DNA of 17,471 bases from Candidatus Altiarchaeota archaeon (GTDB lineage Archaea; Altiarchaeota; Altiarchaeia; IMC4; SCGC-AAA252-I15). The notes under the pieces are model-generated. The model was not told where the DNA came from. It was given only the letters and a program-made list of their open reading frames with translations, and ran no database searches. Position numbers and translations under genes: made by a program. Position 1 is the first letter of the stretch. The number at the start of each line of letters is the position of its first letter. The stretch covers positions 1 to 17,471 of the forward strand of contig JAZDIN010000040.1 of NCBI GenBank assembly GCA_043804895.1, written 5' to 3'. This document shows, piece after piece, positions 1 through 7,668 of the stretch.

Positions 1-769
1 CCTCGGCAACCTCCTACTCCTTATCGGCTTGAGCATCTTCTTCGGAGGCCTAAGGTTTAAGGAGCAGAAGTTCAACAAGGACTCGGTCGGCGTCTCCTCA
101 ACGATGCTGATAATAGCCATCGTAGGCCTCGCAGTCCCGACAGTCTACTCCATGGTCGGGGGGGCCGACCCGGGCGATGAGAGGGTAATCAACGACGCAG
201 TCGCCGCAGTCCTCGCCCTGATATACGTGGCAGGCCTCATCTTCGCATTCGTCACACACAAGCATCTTTTCGACGCCAGCGACGAGGTGAAAGCGAAGGG
301 CGTAAGACACACAATCAGCATCAGGACAGCTTCTATCATCCTGCTTCTGGCGACTTTGGCCGTCGTCTTCGAGTCGGAGCTCTTGGTGGACGGGTTCAAA
401 CACGCTACAGTCAACTTAGGCTTGACGCAGACGTTCCTGGGAGTTGTGGTTGTTGCGATAATAACCAACATCGCAGAGAAAGCAAGCGCAGTCCAATTCG
501 CAATTGAAAACAAGCTTGATTTAGCCCTGGAAATCGGGCTGAGCAGCGCCACCCAAATTGCGCTGTTCGTAGTCCCCATACTCATATTCATAAGCCACAT
601 CTTCAACTACGGCTTCACACTCGTCTTCACCCCATTCGAAATAGTCTCAGTCTTCTTCGCAGTCATGATAGTCAACCACCTCTCATCAGACGGCCGATGC
701 AACTGGCTGGAAGGAGCCCAACTAATCTCAGTCTACCTCATAATAGTAATAGCATTCTACTTCGTGTAA
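1..769 (+). CDS. cax: Ca2+/H+ antiporter (CaCA/CAX family), 5'-truncated by the window edge
   Basis: Frame is open from position 2 (LGNLLLLIGLSIFFGG, alpha-1 repeat). Also the alpha-2 repeat NIAEKASAVQFA...GLSSATQIALFVVP, the typical end DGRCNWLEGAQLISVY, and many hydrophobic helices. Confidence 0.92.
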   Translation, partial: LGNLLLLIGLSIFFGGLRFKEQKFNKDSVGVSSTMLIIAIVGLAVPTVYSMVGGADPGDERVINDAVAAVLALIYVAGLIFAFVTHKHLFDASDEVKAKGVRHTISIRTASIILLLATLAVVFESELLVDGFKHATVNLGLTQTFLGVVVVAIITNIAEKASAVQFAIENKLDLALEIGLSSATQIALFVVPILIFISHIFNYGFTLVFTPFEIVSVFFAVMIVNHLSSDGRCNWLEGAQLISVYLIIVIAFYFV

Positions 770-786
770 AGTGTTGCGAGTTTCAT

Positions 787-807
787 GAACCTTCTGTGAA
801 AAGGTTC
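787..807. repeat. Short palindrome GAACCTT-N7-AAGGTTC between the convergent cax and tRNA genes (possible terminator or REP-like element)
   Basis: Perfect 7-bp inverted repeat, 787-793 / 801-807. Confidence 0.5.
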
Positions 808-891
808 GCCGGGGTCGAAATTCCGAAAGCCTGTGGGCTTTCTTATCTCGACCCGGTTGAGGATACACGAATGCTGTCGGGTTTATACGAT
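805..891 (-). repeat. tRNA-3'-end cassette (unit A, 87 bp): duplicated tRNA terminus, inverted copy and inner hairpin
   Basis: 805-822 matches 892-909 at 16/18. 845-857 ATCTCGACCCGGT is an inverted copy lacking one base. Inner hairpin GAAAGCC-TGTG-GGCTTTC at 825-842. Confidence 0.8.
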
Positions 892-893
892 TT

Positions 894-1000
894 CGCCGAG
901 GTCGAGATTTGAACTCGAGTTCCCTTTAGGGGAACACGCTGCCAGGGTTTTTTGTTTTCTTTCCAGGCGTGCGCTTTAGACCGGACTCAGCCACCTCGGC
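894..1000 (-). tRNA. tRNA-Ser(GGA) with a 20-nt intron at position 37/38; CCA not encoded
   Basis: Minus strand folds as: acceptor GCCGAGG/CCTCGGC, discriminator G, anticodon stem CACGC/GCGTG with loop CT-GGA-A|A, long variable arm TTCCC-CTAAA-GGGAA, T arm TCGAG-TTCAAAT-CTCGA. Confidence 0.95.
941..960 (-). other. tRNA intron AGAAAACAAAAAACCCTGGC
   Basis: Removing 941-960 restores a 7-nt anticodon loop. Intron CCTG pairs with C32-U33-G34-G35 with one U-U mismatch, giving a relaxed bulge-helix-bulge. Confidence 0.85.
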
Positions 1001-1002
1001 AT

Positions 1003-1088
1003 ATCGTATGTTTACATTTGCTTCTCGTATCACTACCGAGTGGCTGTCTGCGAGCCAATAGGGCGAAGCTTGACAGCCACCTCGGCAT
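1003..1088 (+). repeat. tRNA-5'-end cassette (unit B, 86 bp): duplicated tRNA terminus and inverted copy
   Basis: CAGCCACCTCGGCAT at 1074-1088 is identical to 988-1002. 1035-1048 ACCGAGTGGCTGTC pairs with 1072-1086, leaving one bulged base. Confidence 0.85.
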
Positions 1089-1144
1089 GAGCTTGTGTGA
1101 ATGCCGGGGCTAGCAACCCGTGAGGTTGCGCTTGCCTCGGCATT
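1089..1144 (+). repeat. Third acceptor-stem hairpin unit (unit C, about 55 bp)
   Basis: AATGCCGGGGC (1100-1110) pairs with GCCTCGGCATT (1134-1144). Inner stem GCAACC/GGTTGC. Third copy of CCTCGGCAT at 1135-1143. Confidence 0.8.
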
Positions 1145-1149
1145 GAGGC

Positions 1150-1178
1150 TTTTATATACGACGTCATAGTATTTATTT
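1150..1178. promoter_or_regulatory. Probable divergent archaeal TATA boxes: TTTTATATA (+, 1150-1158) for the 1196 gene and AAATAAATA (-, 1178-1170) for the tRNA side
   Basis: The only AT-rich TATA-like motifs between two divergent transcription units. Confidence 0.45.
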
Positions 1179-1195
1179 CACTTGTATTTTAGGGT

Positions 1196-1948
1196 ATGGA
1201 TTTTAAGGCGGTTTCATGGGGTTTAGGCGTCTTGTGTGTTGTCTTGGCAGCTTATGCTCTTTTGGGTGGGGCAACGAGGACTGTTTACGTCAACAACACA
1301 GTCTACCCTAAGGATAATCTGACAGTGTACTACCTTTACCCGCTACGCTGCATCGACTGCGACCTCAACAAGCAGGGACAGTGCGACTACTGCACCAGCT
1401 ATTACAGAAGCGAGATGATGGAGTTATTGAGCCAGGATTTGGGCGTTCCAGTTAGTTTCCACATCAGCGACGTTGTCAGCAAGCCTAACGCCCTTATAGT
1501 GTACAATGAAAAAATCACCTTAAGTGATGGACGCAGCAGATACAACATCGCCAACACCTTATGCAGGTTCGCGGGAGTAAAGAAGTCCTGCGAGCTGTTT
1601 GACGGTGAGTTGAAGAGGGTTAAGGAGTGCGTTAGCAGGTATGGGGTTGATGAGGATACACTCGTTTACCACACTAATAGCAAGGATTGCGCAGTCTGCT
1701 CCAAAACTGACGAGATTGTCGGCAAACTCATTGGGCTGGAGTATAATGACACCATGAAGTACACAGCCAAGATGTTCGACCACTCTGATCCGCAGGGGAA
1801 GAAGATTTTCAGCGATTGCCTCCAGTCTTTCGACAACACCGATTATGTTCCGCAGCTTCTGTGCACGGGTAGTGGCAGGGATTTGACCGGGGAGTTCACC
1901 TTGAAGCAGGCTACTGACTTCGCTGACCTGTGCATCGAGTCAGGCTAG
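1196..1948 (+). CDS. Membrane-anchored Cys-rich hypothetical protein, probably two thioredoxin-like modules
   Basis: N-terminal hydrophobic helix. Motifs YYLYPLRCIDC, CDYC and YHTNSKDCAVC, downstream KPNAL and VPQLLC (cis-Pro-like positions), and N-x-T sequons. Stop codon overlaps the leuS stop (CTAG, 1945-1948). Confidence 0.7.
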   Translation: MDFKAVSWGLGVLCVVLAAYALLGGATRTVYVNNTVYPKDNLTVYYLYPLRCIDCDLNKQGQCDYCTSYYRSEMMELLSQDLGVPVSFHISDVVSKPNALIVYNEKITLSDGRSRYNIANTLCRFAGVKKSCELFDGELKRVKECVSRYGVDEDTLVYHTNSKDCAVCSKTDEIVGKLIGLEYNDTMKYTAKMFDHSDPQGKKIFSDCLQSFDNTDYVPQLLCTGSGRDLTGEFTLKQATDFADLCIESG

Positions 1949-4788
1949 CATTCGACGTATATCCCAGGTTTCATGGGGAGGGCGTATCTGCTTTTCCCCT
2001 CAGGGTCGTGTGTCGGCTCCTCGTAGACTATTATCTGAGCGTTCAGTTCCTTCGCGAGGAATGTTTTGGCGTTTTGTAGGGTTGCAAACTCGGTCTTTCT
2101 GTCGAGTATAATCTTTGGGAGTTCTTCCTTCCGGGTCTGCATCATCTTAGCTATCTCTTTCCCCTTCGTCCGAAGCTCCGGGTCTGCCATGACGTCCTTC
2201 ATCTGCTTCCCCTCTTTAATCGCAGCATACACCTTGTGCTTCCATTCGGGAGTGAGGTACATGTGGATTTTCTTAGGCTGCTTTTTCAGGACTTGGAGGA
2301 TATTCTGGACGTCTTCGAGTATCAGCTTTATGTAGTCTTCCTTCGAGTCGACTACCTCGTCTATCTTCGAATCCTCGACCTTCGGGTACTCCTGTCTTGT
2401 GATTAGGTCCTTGTGTCCCATCTTCTCCCAGAGTTCCTCGCAGGTGAATGGCGTGAATGGTGCCATCATCTTAACCCATCTTTCAGCCAACTCTGACAGC
2501 ATCTTCGGGTTTTGTTTTTCTGCCCGCCTAAAGTACCAGCTTAGGTCTGTGAGCAGGTCGTATAACGCGGACTGGACTGCCTTTCGGGCGCTTGATGCGT
2601 CCAAGGCCTCCCGGGTCTTGTTTATGCGTTCTGTGAGTCTGTTCCTCATCCAACGGTCGGCGTCTTCCTCGATGGATGCTGTGCCTTTGAGTTCGATTAT
2701 TTTCTCCACAGTCTCCTGGAACTGTCTCAGCCTTTTTCGTGTGTTTTCGACGTGGTTTTCGCGCCAGTCCAGCGTTGTCGCAGGGTCTGCGCCGTATATC
2801 AGGTAGAGGCGGACCACGTCAGCGCCGTATTTCCCTATGCTCGTGTGTATCGGTATCACGTTTCCGATGCTTTTGCTCATCTTCCTGCCTTCTGCGATTA
2901 GCATCTCGTTTAGGCTTATCTTCTTCGGCCACATTTGTGAGGGGAATATGGCCGCATGGTGGAACATCATGAATGTGAGGTGGTTTGATATGTGGGCGAT
3001 TCCTGTCCTGCGTTCGTCCATCGGGTACCAGTATGCGAATTCCGCATGTATCTTTTCGAGTAGCTTCGCGTCGACACCGGTTTTGGAGCTGACGTCCTTC
3101 GGTTTGCCTGTTCCGATGAAGACGTAGTCGAAGAACTCCGGAGTCAGCTGTTTTTCAGTAAGCTTGTTCTCGGTTATGTGGTGCGCTATGGTGTAGTATG
3201 CCATGTAGATTGTGCTGTCTGAGAGTGATTCTATCATCCACCTCTCGTCGAACGGCAGCCTAGTCCCGAGGCCGCGGTTTCTCGTGCACGGCCATTCATG
3301 GAGCCATCCTATGGTGTGCTCGAATCCCCTTCGATACATTTCAGGCTCGATTGCTATCTTCAAGAGCAGTTCGCGTGTTATCTCCTTCCATCCTTCGCTG
3401 CCGTAGTTTAGGAACCACTGGTCTGAGAGGACTTTTATCGTGAGGCTGCCCCCGCACCGGCATTTAGGCTCCGTCACAGCCTTCCCGTCGGTGTCTTTGA
3501 TGTTATTCTCGTAGGCTGTGGTTATCTGGTTGAGTCCTTTAAGCCGTTCTATGACTCCGTCTTTGGCTTCGCTTACCCTCAGGCCTTCGAATTCCCCGCA
3601 TTTTTCGTTCATAACTCCGCGGTAGAATTCGTCCTTGTAGAGTTCCTGGGTGATTTTTTCCAGTTTTTCCATATCTTTTTGGGATTTTATCCCCTCACGT
3701 TCCACAAGGTCTCTCGCTGGGATGTCAGAATGACCATCTATCCGTATCAGAGATATCGGAGTCAGGTCTACACCGTATTTCTCCATCACCTCAAGGCCTG
3801 CCACGTAGTCGTATGGTGCGTGCGCTGGGACTGAGTTTACGACGCCGGTGGCTATGTCCACGTCCACGAACTCGGCCGCGAGGAGAGACACCTGCCTTTC
3901 GACTATCGGAACTGTGAGTTTTTTTCCGACGAATTCGCTTCCCTTGAATTTTGAGATAATCTTGACTTCGTGCTGTTGGTCTTGGTATTTCTGCACGAAC
4001 CTTTCTGCAACGTACCATGTCTCGCCGTCGACCTGTGCCTTCACGTACGTCTCCTGGGGGTGTATCCAGGTGTTGACTATTCCGAAAACCGTCTCAGGCC
4101 GGAGGGTGGCTGCGACGATGTAGCCGTCCTGGAACTTCATCTTTATGAGGTAGAATTCGCTCATCCCAATCTCGTACTCGTCCCCGGATTTTATGTCGTC
4201 CGTTGTTACTGGGTTGCTGCAGCTGGGGCAGAAGTAGACTGGGTGCTTACCTTTCATGATGTACTCCTTCTCCTTCAGCTTCAGGTACTGCCAGCTTACG
4301 AAGGCATTGTAGGGTTTGTCGCCTGTTGTGAAGAACCTCCGCCAGTCTATTGAGTAGCCCATCCCCTCGAAATCCTGCCTTATAGCGTTCGCATAGAAGC
4401 CGGCCACATTCGCTGGCTCCTTGAACCCTGACACAATCTCGTCTACCCTCTTAGGGTCTGACTCGTAGAAGGAGACGTACTCCCTGTTGCCTTGCAAGGC
4501 CTTAACGTCACCCTGCTCGATTTTCCTAGAGATTGCAAGGATTGGCGTCCCGGTTATGTGGGAGGCCATCGGGAAGAGCACGTTGTACCCGACCATCCTC
4601 TTATACCTCGCAGTCACGTCGCCGAGGGTGTAGCTTCTAGCATGGCCGACGTGCAAGGCCCCGGAGGCGTACGGGTACGGCACAGTAAGGAAGTACTTCG
4701 GTTTCTTCAAGTCAGGGTCACTCTCGAAAACACCCTCACCCCTCCACCTTTTAAGCCATTTAGCCTCAATAGACTCGGATTCGGCCAT
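1945..4788 (-). CDS. leuS: Leucyl-tRNA synthetase, archaeal/eukaryotic type (947 aa from ATG 4788)
   Basis: PYPYASGALHVGH (HIGH), ATLRPET and GVVNSVPAHAPYD (CP1 editing domain), IESLSDSTIYMAYYT, KMSKS, C-terminal ALPMKPGIYVE. Start placed at MAESES because TTTTTAATAT (4820-4811) lies about 25-30 nt upstream. Confidence 0.97.
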   Translation of the reverse strand: MAESESIEAKWLKRWRGEGVFESDPDLKKPKYFLTVPYPYASGALHVGHARSYTLGDVTARYKRMVGYNVLFPMASHITGTPILAISRKIEQGDVKALQGNREYVSFYESDPKRVDEIVSGFKEPANVAGFYANAIRQDFEGMGYSIDWRRFFTTGDKPYNAFVSWQYLKLKEKEYIMKGKHPVYFCPSCSNPVTTDDIKSGDEYEIGMSEFYLIKMKFQDGYIVAATLRPETVFGIVNTWIHPQETYVKAQVDGETWYVAERFVQKYQDQQHEVKIISKFKGSEFVGKKLTVPIVERQVSLLAAEFVDVDIATGVVNSVPAHAPYDYVAGLEVMEKYGVDLTPISLIRIDGHSDIPARDLVEREGIKSQKDMEKLEKITQELYKDEFYRGVMNEKCGEFEGLRVSEAKDGVIERLKGLNQITTAYENNIKDTDGKAVTEPKCRCGGSLTIKVLSDQWFLNYGSEGWKEITRELLLKIAIEPEMYRRGFEHTIGWLHEWPCTRNRGLGTRLPFDERWMIESLSDSTIYMAYYTIAHHITENKLTEKQLTPEFFDYVFIGTGKPKDVSSKTGVDAKLLEKIHAEFAYWYPMDERRTGIAHISNHLTFMMFHHAAIFPSQMWPKKISLNEMLIAEGRKMSKSIGNVIPIHTSIGKYGADVVRLYLIYGADPATTLDWRENHVENTRKRLRQFQETVEKIIELKGTASIEEDADRWMRNRLTERINKTREALDASSARKAVQSALYDLLTDLSWYFRRAEKQNPKMLSELAERWVKMMAPFTPFTCEELWEKMGHKDLITRQEYPKVEDSKIDEVVDSKEDYIKLILEDVQNILQVLKKQPKKIHMYLTPEWKHKVYAAIKEGKQMKDVMADPELRTKGKEIAKMMQTRKEELPKIILDRKTEFATLQNAKTFLAKELNAQIIVYEEPTHDPEGKSRYALPMKPGIYVEC

Positions 4789-4840
4789 GATAGGAGTGAT
4801 ATAGTATTCAATATTAAAAATAGCCTTAGGGGTAATGCCG

Positions 4841-5446
4841 TCATTGAGGGGCAATTAGCTTACTGTAGTAGTCTTTTGCGTATTCTGTTATGAGTTGTTT
4901 GGCTGATGCTTCTTTCAGCTCTTCCATGTCCTTGTAACCATAATTTTTTGGGTCTACGCCCAGGGGGGGATTCTCTAGGAACGCTAGGCGGTCACCATCA
5001 TAGACTGCGACAGCCTCGGGATGCTCACCCGGTTTCCCGTCAACATTGTGGTTGAGGATGCTGAACTTGACTAAATCTACCACGTCATCCCTGACATTAA
5101 GGCCTTTCAGTATTTCCTCAGCCTCGGCAGAGCAGAACTTCTCATGTTGGGGTATTGTACCTTCCTCATGGCATTTCCCGTAGCTTATGTCATGTAGTAG
5201 TGCTCCGACCTCAACAACATGTTTCTGCCTAACTGAGAGACCCATAGAATCAGCCACCTGTAGGCTGCGGTCCCTGGCGAGTAGGGTATGGGCTAGGAGA
5301 ATGGGATTGTCCGCTAGTCTTTCCTTGACTATATTCTCAACTTCTTTAACGAGCTCCGGAGTTAGACTCCGCTGGTTGAATAGGGGGAGTTTCTTGAATT
5401 CTGGATCCTCTTTGTTGGCCAGGTCCAACTGTTTCATGTAGCCCAT
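4841..5446 (-). CDS. HD-domain metal-dependent phosphohydrolase
   Basis: H...HD...H...D pattern: LAHTL, ALLHDISY, PQHE, LNHN, YDGDRL. Confidence 0.8.
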   Translation of the reverse strand: MGYMKQLDLANKEDPEFKKLPLFNQRSLTPELVKEVENIVKERLADNPILLAHTLLARDRSLQVADSMGLSVRQKHVVEVGALLHDISYGKCHEEGTIPQHEKFCSAEAEEILKGLNVRDDVVDLVKFSILNHNVDGKPGEHPEAVAVYDGDRLAFLENPPLGVDPKNYGYKDMEELKEASAKQLITEYAKDYYSKLIAPQ

Positions 5447-5501
5447 ATTAGAGATTGGGAATGAGACACATAAATACAGAGAGTAATAATACGTTACCAG
5501 T

Positions 5502-6224
5502 ATGGAGTTTGTCGTCGACGTTGAGGGATTGGTGAAATATTATGGAAGTGTCAAGGCCGTTGACGGCGTCACATTGAAGGTTAGACCGGGGTGTATTTTC
5601 GGATTGATTGGGCCGAACGGCGCTGGTAAGACGACGATTATCAGGTCGTTGACGGGGCAGCTTAAGCCGACAGCAGGGAAGGTTTCCGTGTTGGGTGTTG
5701 ACGTCCTCGCTGACCCGGTTGGCGTTCGCAAGGTGGTGGGGATAATACCTGAGCAGGAGGCGCCTGCAAGCTTCCTCACAGCTGAGGAGTACCTCTCATT
5801 CGTGTGCTCTATCAGAATGGTAGCCGACGTTGAGAGGCGCCTGGACTTCTGGTTCAATCTCTTGGACTTCCACGGGCAGAGGAACATGCTTTGTAAGGAT
5901 TTGTCGCGCGGCACGAGGCAGAAGCTGATGCTCGTTCAGGCGTTCATACACGAGCCGAAGCTCGTGTTCATAGACGAGCCGCTCGTGAACCTGGACCCGT
6001 TAGTCCAAAAGAGCGTGAAAGACTTCTTACGAGATTATGCGAGGAAAGGCAACACGATATTCATGTGCAGCCACCTTCTTGAAATCGTCGAAGAAGTCTG
6101 CAACGACATAGCGATACTCGGGGCAGGCAAGATAAAGGCTGAGGGGCAGCTGAAGGAGCTCTTACGTGGCGGCAGACACCTTGAGGGACTGTTCCTAGAG
6201 CTTGTTGGTGGCAGACATGCTTGA
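5502..6224 (+). CDS. ABC transporter ATP-binding protein (exporter type)
   Basis: Walker A GPNGAGKT, signature LSRGTRQK, Walker B VFIDEP, H-loop CSH. Confidence 0.95.
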   Translation: MEFVVDVEGLVKYYGSVKAVDGVTLKVRPGCIFGLIGPNGAGKTTIIRSLTGQLKPTAGKVSVLGVDVLADPVGVRKVVGIIPEQEAPASFLTAEEYLSFVCSIRMVADVERRLDFWFNLLDFHGQRNMLCKDLSRGTRQKLMLVQAFIHEPKLVFIDEPLVNLDPLVQKSVKDFLRDYARKGNTIFMCSHLLEIVEEVCNDIAILGAGKIKAEGQLKELLRGGRHLEGLFLELVGGRHA

Positions 6225-7668
6225 GACCCTTAAGGCGATGATGAAGGAGGAGTGGAGGATACACTCCCTCATGTTCGGTAACAGGAGCTTCAGTTTCTTC
6301 CCGTTTATGCTCGTCATCCTAGCCTTCATTGGGTCCATGATGCTGCCACTGTATGCCCATATACTGTCGAGGGAAGAGATGGCAGCCATAATCCACTTCA
6401 CCTACCTCTTCTTCGGCCTGTCCGTCGGCAGCTTCGGCCTCATGGGCCAGGAGGCCTTGAACCGCCGCCTCGGGGATTTGAGTCTCGTAGCATATATCAG
6501 TCGCATACTTCCTGTTTCTGAGAGGAGGCTTTTCGCGAACTTCATAGCCAAGGACACCATCTTCTACATCATGTTCCTTGTCGCCCCATTTGTCGCAGGT
6601 TATGTCCCGGCGAGGATGATACTGGGACTATCATTATCAAACATCCCCCTCATCGCAGTAACTCTCACCCTAACGTTCCTCCTCGGGCTTACAGTAAGCT
6701 TCGCCTTGTCAACAGCCTACGCGCACTTTGGCAAACCGCTGCTCGTAGTGGTCGGACTTGCAGTCTTCTGGTATTCTGTCTGGAATCCGACGTGGTTGAC
6801 GTTTGAAGGGGTAATGTCGATGACTCCGACACTCCAGTATTACCTACACCCGACTGCATCTAATCTAGTATTGTCCATGGCGTTGGTTTTCCTGCCATCG
6901 GCCCTGTCTGTGGCGTACCTTAAGGTGGACTACCGGCTTTCTGTGAAGAGGTTCCACAACGAGTATGGTAGGCTAGTGGATAGGCTGGGTCTTGGGATTT
7001 ATTCGCCGTTCCTGGCGAAAGACTTGCTTGACCTGAACCGCAGCGAAGGCGGACTTGCGAAGGTTGCGGTAAGCTATGTGTTCCCGCTGGCTGCCGTCGC
7101 CCTTGTAGTATCCTTCTTCGCCAACCTCCTGCCAATCCAAGGATACCATTCCATACTCATAATGGCTTTGATGACAGGCCTCGTCTCCACCAGCCTCTAC
7201 AACTGGCTTGCGGAGTACGATTTCCCCGAGCTCTACGAATTCCTGCCGATTACGACGCCGTATATAATAAAGTCGAAGCTTGTGATCTATGCGTTCTTCA
7301 CAGCAGTCATGTCAACTGTTGTTCTAATCCTGGCTTACCTCTACCTTCTTCCGCCGCCAGTATTCCTCCCCTTGAGTTTCCTGCTCACAGCATCCGTCGC
7401 AGCCTACACGACCGCTGTGACAGTGTACCTCGCAGGCCTGAGGCCGAACGTGATGCTCTACTCAGGAAAGTTATTCTTCTACTATCTCATTGCATTAATG
7501 CCGCTTCTCCTTATACCCGCAGTAGCGTTTATGACAGGATACCCTAGTATGACCACGAGCATAGGACTCGTGTTGGTCTTAGGGGCTTTCATGCTGCCCG
7601 CAGCAGACAGGCTCCTAAGAAAAAGTTACGTGAAGTGGAAGCACCCGATAAGCTATATCACAGGCTGA
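6217..7668 (+). CDS. ABC exporter permease (polytopic membrane protein, about 483 aa)
   Basis: Many hydrophobic helices in two blocks. ATG 6217 overlaps the end of the ATPase gene by 8 nt. MMKEEWR and LAKDLLDL resemble the starts of ABC-2 permease halves. Confidence 0.75.
   Translation: MLETLKAMMKEEWRIHSLMFGNRSFSFFPFMLVILAFIGSMMLPLYAHILSREEMAAIIHFTYLFFGLSVGSFGLMGQEALNRRLGDLSLVAYISRILPVSERRLFANFIAKDTIFYIMFLVAPFVAGYVPARMILGLSLSNIPLIAVTLTLTFLLGLTVSFALSTAYAHFGKPLLVVVGLAVFWYSVWNPTWLTFEGVMSMTPTLQYYLHPTASNLVLSMALVFLPSALSVAYLKVDYRLSVKRFHNEYGRLVDRLGLGIYSPFLAKDLLDLNRSEGGLAKVAVSYVFPLAAVALVVSFFANLLPIQGYHSILIMALMTGLVSTSLYNWLAEYDFPELYEFLPITTPYIIKSKLVIYAFFTAVMSTVVLILAYLYLLPPPVFLPLSFLLTASVAAYTTAVTVYLAGLRPNVMLYSGKLFFYYLIALMPLLLIPAVAFMTGYPSMTTSIGLVLVLGAFMLPAADRLLRKSYVKWKHPISYITG

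Noticed and set aside
826-836. AAAGCCTGTGG shared with 16887-16897
   Set aside because: An 11-mer in different pairing registers; too short to link the two element types.
805-909. Classical provirus or island attL/attR at the tRNA 3' end
   Set aside because: Only 87 bp separate the copies, no integrase is present, and a matching unit sits at the 5' end, which standard att duplication does not explain.
697-912. 71-aa ORF on the + strand
   Set aside because: Overlaps the cax end, the hairpin cassette and the tRNA; no recognisable motif.
1035-1088. Split or permuted tRNA half
   Set aside because: Only 13 nt of the tRNA 5' end are copied, no partner half or BHB junction is visible, and an intact gene lies adjacent.
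988-1143. CRISPR-like reading of the three CCTCGGCAT repeats
   Set aside because: Repeats are only 9-15 bp, tRNA-derived and unevenly spaced (86 and 55 bp); no cas genes.
4789-4854. N-terminal extension of leuS in the ORF track
   Set aside because: Overlaps the HD gene end and the TATA box; LeuRS-like sequence begins at MAESES.
6167-6220. Short repeat encoding GGRH twice at the end of the ABC ATPase
   Set aside because: About 12 bp, within coding sequence, no further structure.
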